In this document: positions 19,809 through 28,436 of the stretch, piece by piece
How positions within the stretch are numbered: position 1 is the first letter of the stretch
How the letters are laid out: the number at the start of each line of letters is the position of its first letter
Notes under the pieces: generated by a model
What the model saw: the letters and a program-made list of their open reading frames with translations, nothing else
Databases searched by the model: none
Told to the model about the DNA's origin: nothing
Program-made: the position numbers and the translations under genes
Origin: an uncultured Gemmatimonadales bacterium
Lineage (GTDB): Bacteria; Gemmatimonadota; Gemmatimonadetes; Gemmatimonadales; Gemmatimonadaceae
Direction of reading: 5' to 3'
Assembly (NCBI GenBank): GCA_963850905.1
Contig: CAWKMU010000003.1
Location: 896,001-960,000 of the forward strand
DNA: 64,000 nt

Positions 19809-21250
19809 TTACTCCCCGAGCACCTCCGATGGATCACGCGCGACCGCAGGGTCGCGTCCAGCCGCTCGGTGGCGGAACGCGAGATACGCGGGCACGCCAC
19901 ACGCGAGCAGGCTGAGCGCGAGCCATGCCACGAGAGGGCTTGTTTGTATCATGTTGATCACGAGCCACGCGCTCGTCACGGCAAACGCGAGCGGCACCCA
20001 CGGGTATCCGAATGTGCGGTAGGGTCGAACCGCATTCGGCATCGTGCGGCGAAGCACAAAGAGTCCCACCGCAGTGAGCACGAAGAAGATGGCGTACGCG
20101 AAGACGGCGAAGTCCGTCAGCTGATCGTAGGTCCCGCTCAGGGCAAGGAAGGCGGCGAAGATGACCACCGCCGCGATTCCGTACACGGGCACGTGTGATC
20201 GGCGGCCAAGCACGCCAAAGATTGCGAAGAACTGCCCGTCGCGAGCCATGGCAAACGACACCCGGGGCGTGTAGAGCATCGAGGCGTTGAGCGTGCCCAA
20301 GGCGGAGATCATGAATATCACGGTCACGGCCTTGCCGGCGTTACCACCGAGAAACGTCGCCACCGCCTTGGTTGCGACTGCGGGTGCCGCTGGATAGGCC
20401 GTCGAGTTGGCCGTGATGATCGCACTCGGGGACAGAGCGTAGAAGTAGGCGGCGTTGACGCCGATGTAGAGCGTCATCACCACGAGCGTCCCGCCGATGA
20501 TCGCCCTGGGCAGATTGCGCTGCGGGTTTTGAATCTCGCCCGCGCTGATGGGCAGGTAGCTCCATCCGGTGTAGGCCCACATGGCGCCAACAACGGCGGC
20601 GCCGAACGCCGCGGGTTTGCTGAGACCGGATGCCACCGCGGGGAGTCGGGGCGCGGTCTCTCGAAAATGAGTCCAGTCGCCGGTCGTCGACATCGTGAAC
20701 ACTCCCACGATGATGAGCGCGACGGCCGATACCTTGATCAGCGCGAGCACGGTTTGCGTCCGACCGCTCGCCTTGACGCCGATGCTGTTGAGGATGGCAA
20801 CGGCCCCGATCACGGACAAGGCGACGAGCTGCCGGACGCCGATGGCCCAGTGGATCGCGTGACCCGTCAGCTGCCGATCGACTGCGAGCCAATCTCCTCC
20901 GAGGTCCACCAACGATCCGGAGAACGTCGCGAACGATGTCGCGACCGCCGCGAGCGTGCTGCCGCCGACGATCACGCGCATCCAGCCGTACTGGAATGCG
21001 ACGGCGCGCCCGTAGGCGGCGCGCAGAAACACGTACTCGCCGCCCGTCTCGGGCAGCATGGCGCCGAGCTCCGCGTAGGTGAGCGCGCCGGTCAGCGACA
21101 GGAGCCCAGCGACGATCCACGCGGCCAACACCAGCGTCGGCGTACCGACCAGCTGTGTGATGATCGCGCCTTTGAGAAACACGCCGGTGCCGATGACGAC
21201 CCCGACCACCAGCCCCGTCGCGTCGACGGCGCTGAGACCGCGGACCAGCT
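19809..21250 (-). CDS. APC-family amino acid permease (start codon not identifiable)
   Basis: QLVRGLS..GVVIGTG, ALTYAELGAMLP.TGGEY, WAYTGW, RPYRTFGYPWVP; homology extends upstream of the ORF-track start 21209. Confidence 0.92.
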
Positions 21251-21280
21251 GGGAGGAACGGGTGACGGGAGGGGTAGGCG

Positions 21281-21513
21281 TTGGACGGTAGACGTTGACG
21301 TTAGACGCTGGACGTTAGACGCTGGACGCTGGACGAGCAAATTCCGAGGGCCACTTGCGGTGCACCGAGTCTCGTGCTCGAGTTTTTCGCCAGCGTCCAG
21401 CGTCCAGCGTCCAGCGTCCAGCGTCCAGCGTCCAGCGTCCAGCGTCCAGCGTCCAGCGTCCAGCGTCCAGCGTCCAGCGTCCAGCGTCCAGCGTCCAGCG
21501 TCTAACGTCTAGC
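21281..21513. repeat. Heptamer-armed palindromic element with expanded right arm, (CCAGCGT)x16 at 21390-21501
   Basis: 16 perfect units counted; left arm TAGACGC/TGGACGC; degenerate core with GCGGTGCACC loop. Confidence 0.95.
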
Positions 21514-23298
21514 CTCTCGGCTCGCTGCCCGCGCCGCGGCCGTGTCCCCGATCGCCGTCAGCATGGTCACATAGCTGCGCCGTAGTAACCGGTCACGCGG
21601 GTGATCACTCAGCGCCAACCGATAGGCCGCGTCGGCGTCGTGGACGTCGTCGACGCGCTGCGCCGCCTGGGTCAATACCATGATCGCCTCGACGGAGTCG
21701 CGGTCGAGCAGGTAGGCCCGGCGCGCCAGCGCTATCGTCCCGCGATAGTCGCCCGCGGCGTACTGCAGCCAGGCGTGCCGCATGAGATCCGGGTATGCAC
21801 CCGGCTCGATCAATCGCGCGCTGTCCAGCAGGCGCTCCGCTGCACGAGCGCCGGAGTCGCCCCGCCTCACCAGCATCCACGCCGCCGCTTGATACAGGTA
21901 CGGGTCTTGGTTGTACAGCGCTCGGGCGATCTGGTACTCGCGCAGCGCGGTCGTCGTGTCGCCCTCGCGCTCGAACACGTCGGCGACGCGCTCGTGCGCC
22001 CGATACGACTCGGGCTCGTCGTGCAGCGACGCGACAATCGCCGTCTTGTTATCTCGCCAGATCGGCGTTCGTGTCCAGCTGCGGGCGGCGCATGCCGCGA
22101 TGAGGGCGGCCGCCAGGGCCGGCCAGGCCGCGCGCGCCCGCGTCATCGGTCGGCGCTCCCACAGCCACCCCACGGCAATGGCGACGGCCAGACTGGGCAG
22201 GTACAACGTACGCTCGGCGACCACGATGCCCGACGGGAAAAACACGTTCGCGACCGGAGCCACCGCGATCACGAACGCCGCGACTGCGAAAGCGATGGCC
22301 GGCGCAGTGCGCCGCGCCCGTACGGCGAGCACAGTCGATGCAGCGATGATCACAAGACCCAGCAAGACCCGAACGGTCAATCCGTGCGCGATCGTGATCA
22401 CCTGTGGCATGTAGTCGACGTGCAGGCGAGCCGGGACCACCATCAGACGGAGATACTCGGTGGCGTCGCCGATTGCGGTCAACCAGCGCGCCCCCAGTGA
22501 GCTGTGCGTCCAGGGCGCGGCGATCCGCACCATCGGCCTGCCGCTGAAGACGAGTAGAAGGATCGCTCCGTACAGCGCCGTGACGGTAGCGTACGCGGCG
22601 TACAGTGCTCGTCGTGGGAGCGGTCGCGCGGTGGACGCTGTCATGTCGGCCGCGTGGGTCGCCGGGTCGACGCCGCCCCACCCCAGCACCAGATCGGCGG
22701 CGGCGGCGAGCCCCAAGAACGTGATCCCCGTTTCCTTGGACGCGAGGGCAGCGGCGTACAGCAGGATCGCCACCCAGCGACCGCGGCGGTGCGCGAGCAG
22801 CGCCGCGAGCACGAAGGCCGTGCACATCAACTCGCTCCGGCCCACCAGATTGGCGACCGCTTCGACGTGCACGGGGTGGACCGCGAACACCAGTGCGCCG
22901 ACGATCGCAGCGCCGGGCGCGAGCATTGTCGCCAACAGCCGCCAGATGAGCAGGCACACGAGGACGTGCCAGCCAACATTGACAGCATGCAGCCATACGG
23001 GGGAACCGTGCGAGAGCGACCAATCGACCGCAAACGACGCGATCGTGAGCGGGCGGTATTGCCCGGCCTTGGTGGCCTCTGGCCAGTAGCTGTGTGCGAA
23101 CGATCGCACAACGCCTGACAGCGAGTGGACGAGAGGATTGCGGGCGATCACATCATTGTCGTCCAGCGCGAATCCGTTCCCAAGTGCATTCGCGTAGCCC
23201 AGTGCCGCGGTCGCGGCGACGATGCTGGCCGCGACCGATCGTCTGGTTCGCCAATGTGCTTCCGATCCGTCAGGGGCCTGCTCGAGGATCGCCCGCAT
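21502..23298 (-). CDS. TMTC/DUF1736-like membrane glycosyltransferase with C-terminal TPR-like helices
   Basis: FALDD..I..NP, YRPLT, HPVHVEAVA..VGRSEL, SKE, AERTLYLPS, RTPIWRDN. Confidence 0.85.
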   Translation of the reverse strand: MRAILEQAPDGSEAHWRTRRSVAASIVAATAALGYANALGNGFALDDNDVIARNPLVHSLSGVVRSFAHSYWPEATKAGQYRPLTIASFAVDWSLSHGSPVWLHAVNVGWHVLVCLLIWRLLATMLAPGAAIVGALVFAVHPVHVEAVANLVGRSELMCTAFVLAALLAHRRGRWVAILLYAAALASKETGITFLGLAAAADLVLGWGGVDPATHAADMTASTARPLPRRALYAAYATVTALYGAILLLVFSGRPMVRIAAPWTHSSLGARWLTAIGDATEYLRLMVVPARLHVDYMPQVITIAHGLTVRVLLGLVIIAASTVLAVRARRTAPAIAFAVAAFVIAVAPVANVFFPSGIVVAERTLYLPSLAVAIAVGWLWERRPMTRARAAWPALAAALIAACAARSWTRTPIWRDNKTAIVASLHDEPESYRAHERVADVFEREGDTTTALREYQIARALYNQDPYLYQAAAWMLVRRGDSGARAAERLLDSARLIEPGAYPDLMRHAWLQYAAGDYRGTIALARRAYLLDRDSVEAIMVLTQAAQRVDDVHDADAAYRLALSDHPRDRLLRRSYVTMLTAIGDTAAARAASREARR

Positions 23299-23303
23299 GC
23301 CGC

Positions 23304-24440
23304 TTACGCCGCGCGTGACTGGCTGGGGAGACGCGGCGGAATGATGGGCACCGCCACCGCCGAAGCAATCGATGTCTGGCGTCGCTGCCAGCGCACACTA
23401 GCCGAGACGATGGCGGCGAACGCCAGCGGGATGATGACGAAGACGAGCGGAGTCCCGCTGAACGCATTCACGAGGTACGCCTTACTGGGGTTGCCGGGAT
23501 CGACGTACGCGGTCACACGCTGACCGGGTCGAAAACGATGCGAGATGTCAGAGGCCCAGGTCCAGCTCCGCGACTCGGGAATGATCGTGACCGATGCAGA
23601 CGTGTAGCTGATGCCTTCGACCCGATACGTGTACGCCACCGCGGGTCTGTAGCTCGTTCCGCCTTTGGATCCCCGGACCGCATCGATGTGCGATTCCAGG
23701 ACGACGGCGGGCACGGCCCGCCATGTCGCGAGGCGCTCGAGCTCCACGACGACGCCTGCGGCGCCTGCGGCCGCGAAAAGGCCCAGAATGGCCATCACAC
23801 ATCCCAGATTCTGTAGAGCGGGCGAGCGAGTTGGTGGAACCACGTTTGTCACGCCGCGTGGCGTGGCACGGATCGGCACAACGCCGGGAGCAGGTGTCGG
23901 GCGAGCGATCTCGGTGGGCGCCGCGCCACTGCGCGCGGCGGCTGCGTCCCATCCCCCGAAAGCCCGCGCGGCGGCCGCGCAAGCGGCCTGGGTGCCGACG
24001 TCACTGGTCAACATCGTCGTCCATGGGAGACGGGATCCGTCGCGCAAGACGAAGACGATTCGGTATGCGGAGCCTCCCCGACTGGGTCCGTCGATGATGG
24101 AATTCGATTCGAGCGCAATGTCACGGACCTCAGAGAACTGCAATTCGGTTGCTTTGGAGGCGGTGACAGCACCCATTCGAATCAACTGGACGACCTTCCG
24201 AGTGCGGTCAAAAACGATCTGCCGACTGGACGCGGTCACGGCGATGGCCGTCCCCACGATTGTGAAGCTCCCACAGACCACCCACGCGACCCAGATGCCG
24301 TGGTCCTTCGAGTGCCCGCCCCAGATCAACCCGGCGAGCACGACTGCTCCGAACACGCCGAACGCCATGCCGAACAGGCGCGCGCTCCACGCGCCTTGGC
24401 GGAGGACGAGATGATCCGATGACTGGTCGACGATCTGCAT
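23304..24440 (-). CDS. Membrane protein with C-terminal DUF3592 domain
   Basis: W..VPAVVLES..YRPAVAYTYRVEG.SY..GQRVTAYVDPGNPSKAYL. Confidence 0.8.
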   Translation of the reverse strand: MQIVDQSSDHLVLRQGAWSARLFGMAFGVFGAVVLAGLIWGGHSKDHGIWVAWVVCGSFTIVGTAIAVTASSRQIVFDRTRKVVQLIRMGAVTASKATELQFSEVRDIALESNSIIDGPSRGGSAYRIVFVLRDGSRLPWTTMLTSDVGTQAACAAAARAFGGWDAAAARSGAAPTEIARPTPAPGVVPIRATPRGVTNVVPPTRSPALQNLGCVMAILGLFAAAGAAGVVVELERLATWRAVPAVVLESHIDAVRGSKGGTSYRPAVAYTYRVEGISYTSASVTIIPESRSWTWASDISHRFRPGQRVTAYVDPGNPSKAYLVNAFSGTPLVFVIIPLAFAAIVSASVRWQRRQTSIASAVAVPIIPPRLPSQSRAA

Positions 24441-24690
24441 CGTGGGATCCGTAGCGAGCTGTTGGCCGAACAACGTCACCCTGCTGCCATACAGGACAGA
24501 CGAATTGGCAGGCACACCGCTACGGGCGCCGGGCACCCGACCGCGTCAACGGGCCGAAGCCCATCACTCGACGAGTCGCCAACGACGCGCCGGCTACATC
24601 TGCGCGCGCCTCCTGCGTAGCGCCACGCTACGACGCAGCGACGCGCGAAATGGCGTGTTACGCGGGAGCACGTTCGTGCGTCGGCCGCTC

Positions 24691-25503
24691 ATGCAGTGTT
24701 TGGCGCCGTTCGAGCCCCGCGAAGCCGGCCCCCGTGGGGCTGCCGCGACGAGGCTTTCCTGGTTTGTCATCGCCGTCGCGGTCAGCGTCGGGCTCGGACT
24801 CCTTCTCATCATGAATTGGCGAGAGGTCATCGCCACGCTCCATTGCCACACCGTCCTCCAAGCCGAGCTCGCGATCTGCGCGGGGACGCTCGCTGGATTG
24901 CTTCTCAGCCGGATGGAAGTCAACCCGATCACGCAACGGCGCATCGCCGCGCTTGACCAACTCTATGAGCGCGCGGCCTCGGCTCCTGCACGCGTAGAGC
25001 CTGGCTACACCCACTATCTGCCCTGCGTCGTCCTGTTGACCAATGATCCGTCGGCGAACGTCGTGGCGGAAGTCCGCGCGCGGTCGGAGGGAACCCTGTT
25101 GAAGACTGCCGCCGGTGCGGTCCTCTACTTCGGGCCCAAGGGCGTGCTGCTGTCGAGTCCCCATGACCACCCCGATCCGAGCGGGATCGCCGGCGTCGTC
25201 GAGTCGATTCCTGCCTCGACGCGGTCGCGCCAGCGGACCTGGCTCCGGGCTCGGCCGGTGCCACCCCGTCTTGCGACCACCGATTTGGGGACCGTGCGGG
25301 AGGTGACCGCGGTGTCCGTCGCGCTGCCGCAAGGCCAACTCGCGCGGGTCGCCCGCATGCAGCCCAAGAATGCCATGCTGCTGCGATGGCCCCGGGGTCA
25401 GGCACTCATTGCCGTCCCGTCCATCGGCGACACCCTGCCACGACTGCACCGCTGCTTGGATGAGCTGCGGTGGGCCGCGGACGCTGCGCGTCCGAGAAAG
25501 TAG
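24691..25503 (+). CDS. Hypothetical membrane protein (2 TM)
   Basis: Long ORF filling the gap between called genes, two hydrophobic segments; start uncertain. Confidence 0.6.
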   Translation: MQCLAPFEPREAGPRGAAATRLSWFVIAVAVSVGLGLLLIMNWREVIATLHCHTVLQAELAICAGTLAGLLLSRMEVNPITQRRIAALDQLYERAASAPARVEPGYTHYLPCVVLLTNDPSANVVAEVRARSEGTLLKTAAGAVLYFGPKGVLLSSPHDHPDPSGIAGVVESIPASTRSRQRTWLRARPVPPRLATTDLGTVREVTAVSVALPQGQLARVARMQPKNAMLLRWPRGQALIAVPSIGDTLPRLHRCLDELRWAADAARPRK

Positions 25504-25589
25504 AACCACAGAAAGTAGAAAGTGGACAAACTGCGCTTCGAGACTCGAGGTCCGCCGCTGGTGTTCACCTTCTACTCTCTGTAGGTCTC
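25494..25589. repeat. Palindromic element with AAAGTAG arms and ACAAAC core start
   Basis: GAGAAAGTAGAACCACAGAAAGTAGAAAGTGG-ACAAAC..-CACCTTCTACTCTCTGTAG; the upstream gene stop TAG is in the arm. Confidence 0.7.
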
Positions 25590-25694
25590 GTCCCTCCAGC
25601 GCGAAGCGCCGGCCACGTTGCGGTTCCCTTGCCGACACCGTCCTCAGAGTCGAACGCGATTCGCAGGTCCACTTTTCCGCCCATTGGAGGCCCA

Positions 25695-26051
25695 GTGGCC
25701 GACCCTGTATCGAAGCCCGCCAACCCGGCCGGCGCGACCGCTGGCAAATCTGCGCCCTCGTCGCCCACCCCCGCGCCAACTGGCGGAGCGGCCCCAAAAT
25801 CGGTACCCGCGCCCACCGCGGCACCCAAGCCAATCGCCTCGATCGATGACTTGATCGAGCGCGCCGAGGACCGGCTCATCCCGAAGGGATCGACAGTTCG
25901 CGTGTCGCCCGACAACCCGGATGTCGCCTCAAAGGCCCGCCAGGAAGAGCTCGAAGACAGTCTCCAAGCGTGCGGTATCAAGGTCATCTGGGATAAATCG
26001 CTCGGGACGACGGAGATAGTGGTGGAGGCAGCAAAGGGCGGGAAGAAGTAG
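25695..26051 (+). CDS. Hypothetical protein, Pro/Ala-rich N-terminus
   Basis: GGAGG RBS before GTG; globular-looking C-terminal half. Confidence 0.7.
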   Translation: MADPVSKPANPAGATAGKSAPSSPTPAPTGGAAPKSVPAPTAAPKPIASIDDLIERAEDRLIPKGSTVRVSPDNPDVASKARQEELEDSLQACGIKVIWDKSLGTTEIVVEAAKGGKK

Positions 26052-26059
26052 GTAGGAGA

Positions 26060-26167
26060 TAGACGCTAGACGCTCGACGCTGGACGCTAGAAAAAACCTC
26101 GAGGGCCAGCCCAATGCACTGCGGCTGGCCCTCGAGGTTTGTTCCAGCGTCTAACGTCTAACGTCTA
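26060..26167. repeat. Heptamer-armed palindromic element (best-conserved core)
   Basis: TAGACGCTAGACGC..-AAACCTCGAGGGCCAGCC-CAATGCACTGC-GGCTGGCCCTCGAGGTTT-..GCGTCTAACGTCTAACGTCTA. Confidence 0.92.
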
Positions 26168-26671
26168 TTTCCTGTCATACACCGCGATGAAATGCACTGG
26201 AATGCCGCCGCCCATGCTCAACTGCAGGTTGACGTCGCGGACGTACGACCTCTTGTCCGGCGTGAGATACTCGCGGCTCGCCTGCGTCGCCACCTTCTGA
26301 CCTGCGACGGTGATCTCTCCGGTGCTGGTGGTCGTATCCCCATGCATCGTGAAGACCGCGTGGATGGAGCTTGCCGGTTGTCCGTTTTGCGGCGCCACGC
26401 TGTTCGTGACTTCGCCGTCGCCGACCGGGAACTCGAACGTCATATGTGAAGGGCCTTCGGGCGAGATCGTGTTTTCATCCACATGATACATCCCGCCAGA
26501 CCGCGTGATGATTAGTGAGTCCATCGTCGGCGCAGGCGAATTCCCGAAGGAGCTTTTCGAGAGGTTGAGCACCCACCGGCCTGAGAGGTCGCTCGGCTGG
26601 GCCGCGATCTCGCCAATCGGGAGGAGGAGCAGAACGAGGATGCGAAGTACCGTCATTCGGCCCATGGTCAC
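26165..26671 (-). CDS. Secreted lipocalin-like hypothetical protein
   Basis: Signal peptide; DLSGRWVLNLSKSSFG; C-terminal VYDRK. Confidence 0.75.
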   Translation of the reverse strand: MTMGRMTVLRILVLLLLPIGEIAAQPSDLSGRWVLNLSKSSFGNSPAPTMDSLIITRSGGMYHVDENTISPEGPSHMTFEFPVGDGEVTNSVAPQNGQPASSIHAVFTMHGDTTTSTGEITVAGQKVATQASREYLTPDKRSYVRDVNLQLSMGGGIPVHFIAVYDRK

Positions 26672-27204
26672 TGCCGCCTGAAAACCGCCACCACGTGCTG
26701 CAAATCTTCGTCCGGGTTCACCAGACTTTGCAGGTCATATTCACGAGTGCGGACCTTCCCGTCGGGCGAGAGATACTCGCGGCCGGACTCGATCTCGATG
26801 GCCTTTCCGGCGTGTTTGAGCTGCGAAACGAACATCGCCGTGTCACCGTGTAGCGTGACACGCGTTTGCATGCTGGCCTCCAAATCGGGAAGATCGGCCG
26901 TGGCCTCTCCCGAGCCCACCGGCCACGAGTAGGTGATGTGCGAAGCCCCCGTGTCCGTCGCATTGACTTCCACGATCTGATAAACACTTCCGACTCGTGT
27001 GTAGGTCGAGGTGTCCGAGGTCGGCGTTGGCAACAGCCCGAAGTCGCTCTTCTGCTTGTCAAGCACCCAGGTGCCGGCCAAATCCGGCACGCTCGCGCGT
27101 TGATCGGGGTTCGGACCCGAAGGGCGATTGGCCAATTGCGCGCCCGCAACCCACGCCACCGAGGGCAGTGCGCACAGACTAGCGACAACGACGAGGCGGC
27201 GCAC
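26668..27204 (-). CDS. Secreted lipocalin-like hypothetical protein (tandem paralog)
   Basis: GAGGAG RBS; PDLAGTWVLDKQKSDFG; REYLSPDGK vs REYLTPDKR in the neighbour. Confidence 0.75.
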   Translation of the reverse strand: MRRLVVVASLCALPSVAWVAGAQLANRPSGPNPDQRASVPDLAGTWVLDKQKSDFGLLPTPTSDTSTYTRVGSVYQIVEVNATDTGASHITYSWPVGSGEATADLPDLEASMQTRVTLHGDTAMFVSQLKHAGKAIEIESGREYLSPDGKVRTREYDLQSLVNPDEDLQHVVAVFRRQ

Positions 27205-27205
27205 G

Positions 27206-27841
27206 CTAGCTCCTCGCACCGGCAGTGGCCTTCGTCGCCTCGGACTCGAGCGCGACGACCACTTCGCCCAGCTCATCCATGATCGCCGCATCGAAGCCGA
27301 CCGCCTGCAACCGATTCAACACGCGCCGATACCAGCCGGCCATCACGTCAGGGCCACGGGCAAACCGTCCCCAAACGGTCTCCGGAAACGCGGTCCGGTT
27401 GAGATCAGCGAGGATCGCGCTCGCGTTGTGCAACTTGTCGGCTGCACAAATCCAGTGGGCTGACTCGCTGGCCTCTCCCAATCGGTCGAGATAGTCGTCC
27501 TTGCGCTCCTCCCACGAAAGGTCGACGCCGTCGTCGTCGACCTTTCGCTCCGTCACCGACAGCACAGCTGAGAGCACGTCGTTCCCGAACTTCGAGCCGA
27601 TTCGCTCCATCAAGTCCTCCCGTGTATAGCCATCGCGGACGCTGTCCTCGACGACATCATGGAGGATCCCTCCAAGCACCGTGGCCTCGCTGCAGCCGTA
27701 GCGCGTGAGGATGACCGCGACGTTCGCCGGATGGGTGAGGTACGGGAGCGCTGTGCCCTTGCGCACCTGGCGGTCGTGGTGCTTCGCCGCAAACGCGAAC
27801 GCATGATTCACCCGATCCGAATACCCCACGATTCGCGGCAT
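27206..27841 (-). CDS. HD-domain protein, Mesh1/small alarmone hydrolase-like
   Basis: AFAFAAKHH.RQVRKG..PYLTHP, LHDVVED, ADKLHN. Confidence 0.88.
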   Translation of the reverse strand: MPRIVGYSDRVNHAFAFAAKHHDRQVRKGTALPYLTHPANVAVILTRYGCSEATVLGGILHDVVEDSVRDGYTREDLMERIGSKFGNDVLSAVLSVTERKVDDDGVDLSWEERKDDYLDRLGEASESAHWICAADKLHNASAILADLNRTAFPETVWGRFARGPDVMAGWYRRVLNRLQAVGFDAAIMDELGEVVVALESEATKATAGARS

Positions 27842-27884
27842 GGAAGGAAGGATGAGGGGACGGAGGGTTCGGGGGCAACTAGGG

Positions 27885-27981
27885 GCTGGACGCTGGACAG
27901 AAACTCAAGGCCAGCCACGGTGCATCTAGCTGGCCCCTCGAGGTTTGTCTCTAGCGTCTAGCGTCTAGCGTCCAGCGTCCA
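27885..27981. repeat. Heptamer-armed palindromic element
   Basis: GCTGGACGCTGG-ACAGAAACTCAAGGCCAGCCACGGTGCATCTAGCTGGCCCCTCGAGGTTTGTCTC-(TAGCGTC)x3.. Confidence 0.9.
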
Positions 27982-27987
27982 GGCCCT

Positions 27988-28416
27988 TTACACCTGCAGC
28001 GCCACCATCAATCGCGCGTGAATCGCGAACAAGGCCGTCCCCTGCACAATCACCGCGAGGGCGGCCCCCAGAAGACCCTGTCGGGGACCGAGCTTCAGTG
28101 CGGTGAACGACAGCGCGACACCCATCACCACGACGCCGGCAGCAAGACCGGCATCGAACCAGAGAAATCGATCGAGGCGCGTCGCGGCAGCCAGGTCGCG
28201 CAGCGGGATCGCCCGCCAACGAACCGCCCCAACCAGGAGCGCGCCGCATCCCCACAGCATCGTCTGCCACGCGAAGTACGAGAGCATCACAGAGCGGGCG
28301 CGCCACACGGCGAGTGCAGCGAGCACGGCCGTGCCAGCGACGATACTGGCGGCACCCCAAAGCATCAGTCGCTCGAGGTAGACTCGCTCGAGCTGCAGCA
28401 CAGTGTCGGCAAACAT
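27988..28416 (-). CDS. 4-TM hypothetical membrane protein (DUF6992-like)
   Basis: RLMLWGAASIVAG, FAWQT..WG, FLWFDAGL, VIVQG. Confidence 0.7.
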   Translation of the reverse strand: MFADTVLQLERVYLERLMLWGAASIVAGTAVLAALAVWRARSVMLSYFAWQTMLWGCGALLVGAVRWRAIPLRDLAAATRLDRFLWFDAGLAAGVVVMGVALSFTALKLGPRQGLLGAALAVIVQGTALFAIHARLMVALQV

Positions 28417-28436
28417 GGGGAAAATAGAAGAGTGGT

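Noticed and set aside
21390..21501. CRISPR array
   Set aside because: Contiguous 7-nt tandem repeat without spacers; no cas genes in the window.
20529..21585. ORFs encoding QRPASSV repeat proteins
   Set aside because: Translation of the heptamer array, antisense to the permease and TMTC-like genes.
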